A DNA stretch of 64,000 bases from Raillietiella orientalis. Lineage: Eukaryota. Made by a program: the position numbers and the translations under genes. The DNA lies in assembly GCA_036172245.1 (NCBI GenBank), contig JAYWIR010000049.1:992001-1056000 (forward strand), read 5' to 3'. The notes under the pieces were generated by a model. The model saw only the letters and a program-made list of their open reading frames with translations, ran no database searches and was not told where the DNA came from. Of this stretch, positions 1 to 15,700 are shown piece after piece (the stretch's first letter is position 1; the number at the start of each line of letters is the position of its first letter).

Positions 1-3059
<3,059 letters not shown>

Positions 3060-3225
3060 GGTGAATCTGCTCTGTGATGCTCTCTTGCAAACTTCCCAAA
3101 GGGCTGCTCCTCTCTGAAGGAACACAATTGCAGATCAGTACCGATCGACTCAGGGTCGCAACAGGCCTGCCTCCCGATCTCGTGCCGGATACAGCGAACA
3201 AAGGGAGATGCGGAAAAAAGAATGG

Positions 3226-3233
3226 TTTTTATA
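3226..3233 (-). promoter_or_regulatory. TATA box of the alpha-tubulin gene
   Basis: TATAAAAA on the minus strand about 170 nt upstream of the ATG-only exon. Confidence 0.65.
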
Positions 3234-4149
3234 CTGCAGCTCGGAATGCGCACTGCATGTTTCGCGCACTTCCCCCTCCCCCCATCACCTTCCTCCCCTT
3301 CTTCTCACGTGAGGAAGTAATCACTGGAACGCTCTCTCGCAAACCCATCTAACCTGTTCCTGCCTCCCGACCTTTTGACCAGGATTTCGTCGAAAGGAAG
3401 CGGAAGTCGGGCTCCTGCCTCCGATCGAAAGGACTGCCGAAACTCGACGATACTTTGTTCCTGCAATTTTTTGCCTCTGTTTGTCATTTGGCCAGTTCGT
3501 TCCTTGCTTCGTAATCGCGTTCCTATGAGCGAGCTCGGGACATCATTCAAAGAGCATTTCTTCTGAACCTGCGCTTCGTTTCGCGTTTTTTTAATTTTCT
3601 TTTTTAGTTTTTCTTCTCCTTCCCAACCCCCATTCCCTCCCCCTTTTTCTAAAAAGACGTCAACGGAAATCATTTGCTTTTTCCTCTCCTCAAGAGAGAA
3701 GCGGTGAAACTGCTCCAAGTTCGAATTCAACGAAGAGGAAGACGAGATTTGAGGATCCACTGGCAAGTGAACGAACCTTCTGTCGCAGAACGGGGATCAT
3801 TGGGAACATCGATGATGATGCTCGCTACCACCACCAAACGCCCCTTGAACTTTCCGGAACGTGCACTACCTGTTCTTCATTGCTCGGAAGATCAAACTGG
3901 CCTCTAAACAGCATACCTCTTTTTCGTTCTGGATCTCATATCTTCTGAAGCTTCACTAATGCCTCTCCGGAAAATGATCGAGTTTTTTTTTTCTTTTCTT
4001 ATCCTTTTTCTCCCCTCCTCCAACCAGTGGTATTCACGATGACCAAATCCATCCGGGTGAAATGCATGAAATCTAACTCGTTTACAGCCCGCGGAAGACG
4101 AATATCAAAGAATACGGAAATTAAAAATCAGCCCACATGAATATCCAGC

Positions 4150-5200
4150 CATTAATGTCTCCGATGCAGCGCGTAATTGATCTGGAAGAAATTCAGCGGT
4201 AACGGAAACCAAGTTTTATGGTCCATAACCTCAGCATACGAACCTGCGTTCAGCGACAGAGAGAATGGGATGGAGCTCAGAGACATCAGGAGAGAAGATA
4301 TAATCGCGCGTTGCTGAATAGTCATACGACTAACTCTTGGAGGGATGTAAGGGAAGAAGAAAATCATAGTGTGTTTTTTCCCTGGTGCATCCATGAGGAG
4401 CACACATCGAGTCTGCCGTTCCAGATCACTTTGAATCGAAATGAATCTTTTCCCTACAGACTGCATTTTCCCAGAGATGGAAGACGTGCTCTCAACTTGG
4501 AATGCATGTGAGCACCTGGACCCAGAAATCAGCTGGATTTATGGAACGCAGCTGCTTTCACGCTCGGCACCATGGTAACCACTCTGCTTTCTAATCCGGT
4601 GAGAGTTCCAGACTATTCTTACCTCACTCAGCAGTACTTCCGAAAATTGCGAGAAAAAATTAAAGGATTCACTGAGGATGCAAGGTAAATCATATATTCC
4701 AAAAAAAGGAGAAATTAATCCAATAATTGCTTGCGAGAGTTCAAGAAAGCATTAGAGAGTAACTTCCCAATGGTTCTCAGGATGAAAATACAGACAGCAC
4801 TGTTTCTTGGTTGCTATGGCACTCGTTTCACTGAATATTCGGAAGCGAATCAGCTGACGACAGTGTTTACAATCAGGATCCAAAATAGATAGTTCAGGAG
4901 AATAAGAACAGCCCAATTTCTATGCTAAACTTCTCCCTCCTTCCTCTTCGTCTTCAGCAGACTGCCACCTTGCAGGATCAACGGACCCGGTTCCGTGGTG
5001 AGGAACGCCACGACGCTTTGGAGGGAAGGGTGCACCCACTCTTGTGGTACAATCGCGACCTTGCCGCAGGTGCTTCTTGAATGCGGAAGACGGGTCAGGG
5101 AAGGAGGTGCATCGATGCGACACCTCGCTTTTCCTTCCCACAGGTACTTGTTCGGAAACTGATCGGCTGCTTCCACGCTGGCGATGCTGTGATCGCTGAG
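4150..5200 (-). mobile_element. Decayed Ty3/gypsy integrase-region remnant
   Basis: GKVAIVPQEWVHPSLQSV resembles the gypsy pre-integrase GRLVVP..LR..IL motif. KHTMIFFFPYIP resembles the integrase H..S.PYHP motif. Many stops and frameshifts. Confidence 0.3.
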
Positions 5201-6364
5201 CGGAGGGAGGGCGTGGCCGCCGTCCCGCAGATCCGTCTGCGGCCGACATCGGCTGCATGCGAAGGGACGCAACGAGGCTGCTCTGCTAGGGATGCGAGAC
5301 GCAGTCACCTTCGGACCATTGTAGACAGACTGATGCTGGGGACCGGCGACAGCACCCCAGCTTCCCCCTCCGCGCCCTCGCTCGAGAATCGCGCTCCGTG
5401 CCCTGGGACGGGTGCATCCCTTTCCCTGATCATTTATTTCCTCACCGATCCTCTTCCCTCCTTTATTCTTCCCTAGTTCTGTCCCCAGTGAGGGTGACCG
5501 CCCCTTTAAGGTAACGTCATGTCGGTCATGTCAGCCTCGCGTCAGCCTCACACGTCATATAAATGGTCCGGCAACCCGGGATGGGGAGGTCGAGAAATTC
5601 GTGAAATCAACCTGCATGCTGGAAACGGTGGCGCTCACCGAAAAGTTTGCCGAAGGCAACAACACGTGGAGATCAGGTCATGGTCCATTCCTAGCAAAAG
5701 ATGCTCTCCGCTGAGATCCTTGAGCAGGAGGCTCCCTGTGAGAGGGGCAGGCAACTCGCCTCAAGATGTCTGGGCAAATCCACAAGGGGGGAAATGGAGA
5801 GTAGCGGGCCAGCTGAGGGTGACGGAAGGAGACCAGAGGGGTCGTCCGTTCCATGCGGGACACCTTTTGATCGTGACCAGAGGATTGTCTGGAGGTCACC
5901 GCGAGTCGAATGGCTTGCATACTCCGCAACTTGCTACCAGTTGCCAGTGTCCCGCTGACGAGTTCTCCCGACAGATCAAACTCGAAAACGACGACAAAAC
6001 CAGTCGGCCTCTTGGTTTCCTTGGGGGCAGCAATGCCCCCCTCCCTCAAAGATTTTCCAGAAAGACACACGCTCGATGCAGTCACTCACTGTGTACATTT
6101 GCTCCATCTAGCGATACGAGCGACGACCGGCCGTTTCAGAGGTGCAGGGTTTCGAACCCACCTCCATGCGATGCGTGCCAGCATTCCTTACTCGCTACAC
6201 TACGCGTGTTGTTGTGCAGGGCGCGGTTGTCCGGAGTGTTCCGCTCGCACCCTCTGCTTGCAGAAGATCGTGTCGTTCTTACACACTCCTTCCAGACCTT
6301 ACTTTCGACCGATGCGTGTCCGATGTGTGCTCACACTGTCGCGTGTCGGAGGTCGCCATTTTGC
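5201..6364 (+). repeat. Left arm of a 1164-bp inverted duplication
   Basis: Reverse complement of 7992-9155. ORF translations in several frames are identical between the arms (e.g. 5519..6478+ vs 7986..8837-, 5678..6085- vs 8271..8678+). The only differences I saw are at 6299-6300 and 6355. Confidence 0.97.
5320..5582 (+). mobile_element. Putative LTR (TG...CA, 5320-5557) followed by a primer-binding-site-like motif (5564-5582); mirrored at 8774-9036
   Basis: TGGTCCGGCAACCCGGGAT matches 16/19 of the tRNA-Phe PBS TGGTGCCGAAACCCGGGAT and follows ...GTCA-tataaa. Related junctions lie at 7906-7924 (-) and 12329-12347 (-). The LTR segment ctcactgg(g/t)acagaactaggga recurs near 12426-12449. Confidence 0.5.
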
Positions 6365-7991
6365 GTCCGATCCGTGGGACGCATCGCCTGGGGGACCCTT
6401 TCCCCCTTCGTTTTCGATTTCCCAGTGAACCTACCCTCCCAGCAAACTTCTCCAATGGCCGCCTTCCGAACTCCCTAGCCCCGATAACCGGCGCAACCGT
6501 CGATCGTACTCCTGGCTCAGGTTCGGCATCAGACTGCCCCGCGCGCTCACCCGTCAGCGTCCGCCCTTCGGTCAGTCGGTCGCATGGTGCACGGCGTGCC
6601 GCTCCTCGCGATCGGGGAGGGGGAAGGTAGCGCATGCACGCAAGAGCCCGATGGTTCCGTTCCTGCTAGCTGCCTCTGACGCGTTCAGGATTCGCTCGAG
6701 TCACGCTTTCTGCGGAACGGACTGGGTCCCCTTCCTCTTCCTACCTTCGTCCACTGGGTTCGGACAGAACGGAACGCCCGACGCAGCGGCGGGCGGCCTG
6801 TTGGATCAATGAGGCGCCTCCACCCTTGCAGGTTCGCCACGATAGTAAAGCGAAAATTCTGGCTCCACGCTACTCTCCAGGTCGGCCTCACGATGCCTCT
6901 TCCGGGTATCCCACTTTCTCAGTAAGCTGCAACCCTCCGCTCACTCGAGGTAAGGAAGAGAAGCAGCGAGGGAGCTGCAGATCTCTTTGATCCGATTCTG
7001 CGCAAGGACAGCTCCTCCGCTTTCCACCAGAGCCAACCACTTCGACCCAGCTTCCGCCCGTAAGATCTCCACCAGCAACCGCAGTCCATCGCAACGAGAG
7101 TTAAAGTGGAGCTGAGGATGGTTCCTGGAAAAGAGGGTTGTCTTTGCCTCCGCCGCATCCGAAAATCCTCCAGCTGCTCCTGAAGAACGCTTCTCTCCCG
7201 AAGGCAAAGGGAGCTGCTGTTCACGGCCCCTGACGTTGTCGGCGCGGATTGTATTCAGCTGCTTCACCTGGCCGATGGTACAGACGATGTCCCGGAGCAA
7301 GTCTGGCAGAGCTTCTGTGAGATCCTACCCCATCTCTTCCCAACGCATCCACTCCGAGTGGGGCTCTGGTCGGACTTTTTGAACCTCAAGGATGATTCGT
7401 GGTGGGAGGTTGTACACTCCCTCTACTCTTTCAGCAGACGGGGGCCCAGTTCTCGAACTGGAAGGGGAGGGGGGAAGGGGTCTTCGCGCAGAAGATATGC
7501 CGTCATCATCATCTGACAGTGGGGGGGATGGGGGAGGAAGAATCCGTTGCCACCCTCTTCCTGGACTGCGCTGTCGTTCATCCGCGCTGACAGAGGGCCG
7601 GGAACACCCTCCTTCCTCTCCTCGCCATCCCAGTGGGCGTGAGCGGAACGCAACCTCGAAGACCTCGCGAGGTGTTTCTCCGCCAGAGATGGACATCACT
7701 TATTTTTTCCATCAATTATTGTCCTCTCCTCTTCTCATCCCTACCCTCTTCTTTTTCAAACAAAGAGCGTTATCTTCGTACGGGAAGAGACGTAAATCAT
7801 GCAGGAGAAAAGGACAAAGGACTTTATGCCCCTCTCCTGTAAAATTATCACAAAGAGTTTGTACTATAAAATATGTGTATGTCGCATCTCCAGCGTGACC
7901 TGCGGATCCCGGGTTGCCGCGTCATTTAAAATAAATACATAAAATTTATGCAGCTAGAGAAGGACCAACACGCACCGACCCGAAATCAAAG

Positions 7992-9155
7992 GCAAAATGG
8001 TGACCTCCGACACGCGACAGTGTGAGCACACATCGGACACGCATCGGTCGAAAGTGGGGTCTGGAAGGAGTGTGTAAGAACGACACGATCTTCTGCAAGC
8101 AGAGGGTGCGAGCGGAACACTCCGGACAACCGCGCCCTGCACAACAACACGCGTAGTGTAGCGAGTAAGGAATGCTGGCACGCATCGCATGGAGGTGGGT
8201 TCGAAACCCTGCACCTCTGAAACGGCCGGTCGTCGCTCGTATCGCTAGATGGAGCAAATGTACACAGTGAGTGACTGCATCGAGCGTGTGTCTTTCTGGA
8301 AAATCTTTGAGGGAGGGGGGCATTGCTGCCCCCAAGGAAACCAAGAGGCCGACTGGTTTTGTCGTCGTTTTCGAGTTTGATCTGTCGGGAGAACTCGTCA
8401 GCGGGACACTGGCAACTGGTAGCAAGTTGCGGAGTATGCAAGCCATTCGACTCGCGGTGACCTCCAGACAATCCTCTGGTCACGATCAAAAGGTGTCCCG
8501 CATGGAACGGACGACCCCTCTGGTCTCCTTCCGTCACCCTCAGCTGGCCCGCTACTCTCCATTTCCCCCCTTGTGGATTTGCCCAGACATCTTGAGGCGA
8601 GTTGCCTGCCCCTCTCACAGGGAGCCTCCTGCTCAAGGATCTCAGCGGAGAGCATCTTTTGCTAGGAATGGACCATGACCTGATCTCCACGTGTTGTTGC
8701 CTTCGGCAAACTTTTCGGTGAGCGCCACCGTTTCCAGCATGCAGGTTGATTTCACGAATTTCTCGACCTCCCCATCCCGGGTTGCCGGACCATTTATATG
8801 ACGTGTGAGGCTGACGCGAGGCTGACATGACCGACATGACGTTACCTTAAAGGGGCGGTCACCCTCACTGGGGACAGAACTAGGGAAGAATAAAGGAGGG
8901 AAGAGGATCGGTGAGGAAATAAATGATCAGGGAAAGGGATGCACCCGTCCCAGGGCACGGAGCGCGATTCTCGAGCGAGGGCGCGGAGGGGGAAGCTGGG
9001 GTGCTGTCGCCGGTCCCCAGCATCAGTCTGTCTACAATGGTCCGAAGGTGACTGCGTCTCGCATCCCTAGCAGAGCAGCCTCGTTGCGTCCCTTCGCATG
9101 CAGCCGATGTCGGCCGCAGACGGATCTGCGGGACGGCGGCCACGCCCTCCCTCCG
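7992..9155 (-). repeat. Right arm of the 1164-bp inverted duplication (spacer 6365-7991, 1627 bp)
   Basis: Position x maps to 14356-x. Boundaries checked: cggagggagggcgtgg (5201) / ccacgccctccctccg (9155), and ccattttgc (6364) / gcaaaatgg (7992). Confidence 0.97.
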
Positions 9156-9800
9156 TCTCGGAGACCACTGCTTCTCGCATGTGACAGAGGATCACTTGCC
9201 TGGCTTTCAAATAATGACTAAGCCAGGCACGTTGAAGCTCATCGATGGAAGGTTTGATCCAGTTTCCCAGAGTGTTTGCGTCGGCAGCTCGAACTAGGAT
9301 GTTTGGGATCGAGCAGCAACAGGGGGCCTCTTTCGGTTGGTGCCATGCAACGAATAGCACGAGCGCTAGATGGAAGTGTCGGTGGAAAGGAAGAGTAAAA
9401 ACCTATTTCTGTCGTGGAATTAAAAATGCAAAAAAAAGAAAAAGATCTGTACCATTTCGATGCCTCACGTTGTCTGGGTGACCTAGGAAGTTTCAACGGT
9501 TTTCGGGAGAGCCACCTCGCGGGCTCGTCTCATCTTGCCGTTGCTGAAGTACGGAATGAAGAGGAAGAAAGACAGGGAGATACCATATTGTTTTTGTGGA
9601 GCCAGACGGTTTTTGATCTTTCAGGTGTTCTCTCCAGGAGATGATGGCCAGTGCCCAGCAGCAGCAACGCTTCAAGAGAACGAAAACCTTGGCACGACGA
9701 ATAAGAAGCCTGAAGATTCCATGCTAAAGACCAAGGAATGCGGCGACGTTCGGGGTCTCGCCCATTCTTCAGTTTTGGATAAGATCCGTTTAAAACCCTG
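9040..9800 (-). mobile_element. Decayed Ty3/gypsy RT-RNase H remnant
   Basis: Degenerate motifs occur in the expected order: IISWREHLKD/TVWLHKNNMV (post-YxDD 'EEHL..L..V' region), GFYSSFPPTL (GYYRRFIPNF-like), ILVRAADANTLG (L.TDAS..G-like), HYLKARQVILCH (HYL.GR.F...TDH-like). Confidence 0.55.
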
Positions 9801-10849
9801 TTAAACAGGGACATTCACTGAAAAAGGGCAAACATTTTGTCAGGTACGATGTTTACTCCCTCCGAAATTTCCTAGGAGGCAGCCGACTAGAGAGTCGGCT
9901 GCCTGATGGGTTGCAACGGAGGTGTGGCTTTAGGAAAATAAAATGAAACAAAATAACCGTGAGGGAGGAAGGAAAGAGGGAGGGGTGAGGTGTCCATCGT
10001 GCATTTCTCTTCATCTGTCCTCATCTGCTTTCCATCGCGTTCTGTAGGTCAGACTACCCGAGGGCTCTTCTCACTGGTTCACCGCCACCAGAGGAGAGGA
10101 TCTCTGCGCTGCTGTCAGCGCACCGTTCGGACCGCATGCCTTCCCTATGCCACGGATGCACTCCAAATATGGTGATCATAGCAGGCATTGAACCTAGGAT
10201 GTGCTTGAACATTCTGCGCAGCAGCTGTCACAGAGTGTCCTCTGGGTGCTGGAAGGCCGTCTCCAGGCGCTTCGAGGAGGGTCACTGAAACCTAATGACA
10301 AGAAGGGATTAATGATTGAAACTCATCGCACCTAACGCAGCTCGGGAGGAGGTCTTCCTCTCGTCCAAAGGTGACAGAGAACGTTGCAAGGAAAGGACCA
10401 ATGCATTGAGGAGGTGCCCGATTTCTGCCACCGAGCTGTCCATGCACGCGGGAAAGGGAGGGCGACCTGTGTCGTGGGTTTCGATGCCAACCTACTCGGG
10501 GTACTCTCGCGCGCATGCGGAGACATTTCGAGCTGGAAGAGAGCCTCCAAGGACAAAACCGAATTCGTAAAATGCGCAGCTCCACCTGTCTCGCCAACAC
10601 TGGGTTGCCATCACCTGAGTGCCCATCTTCGATGCAAAAGTTACGTTGGCGTCCCCATAGTATCTAGGAAGTCTGTTACCGCTTTGCCCCATCACCGATC
10701 AGTCGGCTTATTATTAGCAGCCTCGAGTATATCTCAGGCGCAGCTTGCCAGATCATTCAACAGGAGGCCCTCATTAAGAAGGCAACTACCTCATTCCTGC
10801 AAAGGGATCTTTGCAGATCTAGGATTTGAGAACACATCTCCTCAGCCTT

Positions 10850-11500
10850 AGATCCAGTGCGATGAGCTCATTTCCGTTTGGACAGGGAAAAAAGATGCCA
10901 TCACGTCCCGGTGCGACCTGAGAATCCACTGAAGGTGGATCTCGACGGAATCGCCTTTGAGGTCTCTACAAGACGTAATTTTGCACCCGCGGTGTGGACT
11001 GTTCAACGCGAGCGCACATGGCGACCCGTAGTTAAAGAGCACCCAGATCACGGGAAAGCCATGCACTGTGTTGGGCTGCATCGTTCGCCGAGCTGCTCCG
11101 TGACGTCAGAGGATTCACCTTCGTTTTGCGGAATACAAGTTTGTGCATGCTGGAAGGCTGAGTCTCTTACCCATTAGAGGTGCAGCAGGGAGGGAAACGG
11201 ACAGATCCTGCCGGAGCTGTGTCATGTGGTCTCATAAACTAAACCACTGCCTGAGGCGACCGCGCTTGTATACACCAAGGCATGACGAGGTTGTGGAAAG
11301 ACTGAACATGGCTGCATCAAACACGGCAAAGAGCAAGGTTTTATGGTATGGGTTTCACTCTACTCTCTGACGTGTTGCTGCAAGAGAGCAACAGCGCTAT
11401 TGTGGATTGTGGACGTCGAGTGCCCATCTGAAAACGACAAAGAGACGGTCAACACGGCTCGAAAGGCAAAGGGGTTAAACATGCTGATATTCACAACCAA
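10850..11500 (+). mobile_element. Decayed Ty1/copia pre-integrase/integrase remnant
   Basis: YTPRHDEVVERLNMAASNTAKSKVLWYGFHSTL*RVAA aligns by eye with the copia motif YTPQQNGVAERMNRTL.E.ARSML..SGLP..FWAEAV. Upstream HVPVRPENPLKV resembles VP.L..NLLSV. Confidence 0.5.
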
Positions 11501-11899
11501 CTCTCCAGGGCATGTCAACAGGTCAAAGTTTCCTCGTCGGATCTTTAGGAGCTTGGGATCCATGGAGCGATCGCTATGTGTTAGCCTCGAAAGGCTGCAT
11601 TGCGCTCCGCAAAGAGAAGCTCCTGTCGCCTCTCGGGTTGTCCATGTTGGAACCCTTGGAGTTGCAGTCCTCTTAGGCGAACGAAGGAGAAAGAGGACTC
11701 CAGACGCATTCTTCGCACTTCTGGGTATGCTGAGGAACACTTCGCTCCTGGCTCGGACCACCTCTCTTCGCGGCGTTGCGTCCACACGCTTCTCGAAGGC
11801 CATCGCAAAACGCTCGCACTCACGTCGGAGAGCTGCACAGTCCAGTTCATCTCACCTGGAACAGTTCGGGGTCGCAGTTGCCCCCCGCACCAGTGGCAC

Positions 11900-12735
11900 C
11901 GTGCGGCTTTGCTCTTCGTGCACTGGTGCAATCAACGCCGGCATTTCTGGAGGCAAGCGAGAGCATCTCCCTGAACCGCAGCGTCGAGTGTGGCGGGAAA
12001 ACGGAAGTGGTCCCTCATTTGCTTCTGACTGTGGCGCCCCTCGGAGAGGTTGGGAACGCCTTGCGACTGCCCTGCTCTTCCTTGAAGACGCCCCGAAAGA
12101 ACTGCTGACGCGCTGCTGCTTCACACGTGACGAGGTTTCGTTCGCCGCCCCGATCGCAATCCTGTATCGCATAGGGGGAATCGTGACTTCCCTGCACGCA
12201 CAGGAGGCGTGCCAGCAAGGACAGAAAGCCATAGACCTCGCTTCTTTCGTGATGGGGATCGAGGAAAATGGCCTCACGTGCCTGCATCACACGCACGCTG
12301 CAGAAGACACGACGGGTGTGACCTTGTCATCCCGGATAGCCGGACCATTTATTTAAAATGAATACATCAATGCAAATAACGGTGGATCCCGAAACGTGTC
12401 GGCTTAGCTCTACAGGGACTACTTTCTCACTGGGTACAGAACTAGGGAGGAGTAACAATAAATAAATAAGGAATGGAATGGACCGTATCTCAAGAACTTG
12501 CCCTGCTTAGGAGAGGAGTGAGCAAGCGTAGGTGGGGGGCGTAATCGGTGATTCTTACCTTTCCCTTCCTTATTTATTTATATATTTATTGTACCCTTTT
12601 AATCCTGAAGCCGGCCTGAGAATCGGAGGTTTATTTGTTATCTGTGTACCCGTAGTCTCGTAGAACCAATGTCCTTCTTTGTTTACTTTTCCCTTTGGGA
12701 AATAAACGCCCTGCGTTACCAGGTGACGATGGGAT
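11900..12735. mobile_element. Back-to-back LTR fragments with outward-facing PBS-like sites and a gag-like remnant on the minus strand
   Basis: A Phe-type PBS-like site at 12329-12347 (-) is followed by the gag-like EVYGFLSLLARLL...QQFFRGV. An inverted pair aataaataaataaggaatggaa (12457-12478) / ttcccttccttatttatttata (12561-12582) lies between the units. AATAAA followed by ggtgacgatgggat (Ser-type PBS-like) lies near 12700-12735 (+). Confidence 0.4.
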
Positions 12736-15700
12736 CGGAGAGGTTTGCAAGAGAGACCTCAGCGCAGCATTTGCAGCGCCGACTACTGACACTTCAAGGG
12801 AAGTACGGAGAATACTGCGGAGATCTCTAGGTCTTCCAGAAGGACTTCAAGGAGCTCTGCCTTTCAGTTGTATACTTGAGGTTGTCGCGGAGGCAAATTG
12901 ACGCTCCGATAAACCTTTATGCAGATGCACGAAAACAACTGACCCGAAGGTCATGAAGCCAGCAAGGTGTCGTGGAAGGCGCAAGGTGTTCCCTTAAACG
13001 ATCATGACCACTCAAGGCATCTTTAGGTTAAGACTTGGAGTTGCTGCGTCGACGTTGACGCTACAACCAGCCACCAAGGAGACTTCTTGGCTTTTTCGAT
13101 TTCTCAAGTCGCCTTCCACCTTGGCAGCCTCGATTCCGCAACCACGTTCCGGTTCACCGCGGAGGTGAGGCGATCCGGATGGTGGGTTACAGCAGCTTCC
13201 TTCGAGTCAGTCAGATGAGAAACTCCGAAGTGCACGTATGTGGGTGCGGGGGAAACGACTCGGATGTTCCCGTCGCAGAAGCGCCAAGCATTCCGTGCAA
13301 ATTTCCTGAAGAGCCCTGCGAGACTATCGTGGAGATTCCTAGAGTCTTTGTAAGGAGCTTTTGTGAGGTCCGACCCACAAGGAACTCCCGACACCACCCG
13401 AGCGAGGGATCCACGGACGTTAGTATGCACTCTGGAACGCCCTGCAAGCCGCAAAAGGCGCCGAAGCCACATCGATCTGCTTTTCTGTCCGGATAGAGGC
13501 GGGAATCACGCAGACCGCACTCGTGCCCTGAGTGAATCCGGTCGGTTCCTCGTCGGATGCAGGAACATGTCGCCACGAGACCGCGTCTCTGGTGTCGAAG
13601 GGAGCTCCGAAGGTGGGGTGAAGGAGGAAAACTCCTTTGCTTTCGGGGTGTTCCGGACCTGGACGCGGATGACTCCGGTGGCCTTCCATTCCGAAGAGTA
13701 GCTTCCGCGAGTGCGCCGAGGTGTCTGCGCCTTTCTCTCCCTGTAGCCTCACGCACTCGCTTTGCTTCGCAGTACTACCGTCTTCGCGTGCGTCTCCCTT
13801 TTCCCCTCTTCCTCTTCCTCTGCTGACCTTGTGGCGGTAGCTCCACGACACGTTGCGTGCCAGATCACCACTCTTCAAGCAATGGAACCGAGTTGTACTC
13901 TAGCAACCGCCATCGCCACCCTTACCACTGAGCCGGGACACGGCGATAGCAAGCGCTGGGATTTTCGCGGGTACGTGATATCCTTCGTACAAGGGGAACT
14001 CTCTTTCCCGTACGAGCCGCGCAACCAGGAGAAGCGAGCCCTTCCGGAGACGGAAGCAAAGACGGATCCACCGTCGAGGTCCCTTTTAGCGAGGAAGGGG
14101 AACAGAGGAAATTGGCAAAGATGCTGGGGTTCTGGAAGGAAAACGAAGAGTGCGTCATTGTCAGTGGTGCGAGAGGCGTCTCCGGTCGGCTCTCCGAGGA
14201 GAAAAAAGTCAAGGAGGGCTTCCAGAGGCATCTTTCGCACTGCCGGGCACCTGAGAAATCCAGGTGATGGCGGCTTTGAGTTAACACACGCGAGAGACTG
14301 CAGTGAGAAGACTACAAGAGCGGTGAGGAGGCGTCCGTTGCCGGTGTTCTTTCTCGTGGGGGAAGAGCGCTTCCCTCCGGCGAGAAACCCAAGGAAGGTT
14401 CCTTGGTGACCGGAGGTTTCGGTACGTCTGAACTGCAATTCCTCTTTCCATCCCACCTTCCTCTCGTTCCGTACCTTGCGTCTGGAGCCACCCAGACAGC
14501 ACTCCGAAGGGCGGCCAATCTGACAGCGGTGCTTGGGAGCGACGCATCTCCAGGAAACAGCCAAACGTGGCGCGAATCCACGAGGACGACCTGGGGCTTC
14601 GGAAAAGGGCAGGAGAGTGGGGGCTATCCTCAAAGACCGCTGGCAATGTCTCTGAGATGACCTCGCGCAGCCCTGACACGGCTTGCGTGCTCGCCCCCGG
14701 GGGCGGCGCCAGGGAAGAAGGAACGACCAGAGGGTGGGCTGCACAGTGATCTTCCCAAACGTTCCGTGTAGGTCTCTCTCTCTCCCTGAAACTGGGGGAG
14801 AGAGATCCCGGTCTCTTTACTCTTGCTGCTCGCCGCCTTCTCTGACACTTGCCCGGTGGATCCTTCCGGGTGGAAACAGATCACATCGGGGGTTATCGGA
14901 CGCTGAGAAGCGCGGGGCATGCCGCCGTTCTCCTCTCCTTTGATCTTATGTTTCGTAACCTTGCTCACGGGCAGTATCGCCGCTGCTGATCTTCAGGGAG
15001 GCACGATTATTGCTGATTGAAAACTAAACTCTCCCTGGAAGAGCGAAGCCTCTCTCTTCGAAGAGACCGCTCCTCATATGTCCACGTGTCAAGATGCGTG
15101 CATGCGAGCAGGAGAAGGAAGGTGGGGAATGCCGTTGGCCACAGCGTGACCTCCCTCCAGGGGAAGGAGATGTCTCTCTCCTGATGGACAGGGGGAGCAA
15201 CGGAGCGTGCGGGGGCCACCCTTGAGAAAGCTTCCAGCTTCGGGCAGGTTGCTTCTCTCCAGTGGACCATGAAGAGACACTCGCGTCCATGGAAACGGCA
15301 GCTCCCACCCGCAAAAGCAATGAAAGATCAGCAGCTTTCCCCCCGGAGGAGGAGATCGGCGACTCCCCATCCTCCCCTCTTTGTAAGAGTAACTTCGGGA
15401 GTTCCGCCGCGACTTCCGCGCGTGACGACCCTCCCATCCCGCCGACCGGGTCCGTGTCGGCGAACCAGGCAAACTGAGAGAGAACAATTGGAAGCGACCC
15501 CTGAAACCCTTCCAGCTTTCAGAGGTCCGGAGCCTCCTCGGACAGGAAGAGACGGGAAGTGGGCATCGCGAGAGGAAGGAATTTCCGATAAGAAGGACTT
15601 GCGGCGGACCCGCCCCAGAAGGCACCAAGAGCCTCCAGATTGTCCGCGACCATTCCCTCTCGGGGTGGAGAGATCCTGAGCGTCCCTCCCACTTCTTCCT

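Noticed and set aside
5955..5987. Hammerhead-like CTGACGA...GAAA core (also at ~985, ccgatgagtcc-caa-ggac)
   Set aside because: Stem II does not pair in register and no stems I/III are evident; the second site lacks GAAA.
6137..6168. tRNA T-arm/B-box-like gggtttcgaaccc
   Set aside because: No cloverleaf or A box can be built around it.
5519..6478. 319-aa ORF duplicated at 7986-8837 (-)
   Set aside because: No recognisable domain or coding bias. It is identical only because of the inverted duplication of decayed TE sequence.
11343..12356. 337-aa plus-strand ORF
   Set aside because: It spans the junction of copia and antisense gag-like remnants, with no coherent domain.
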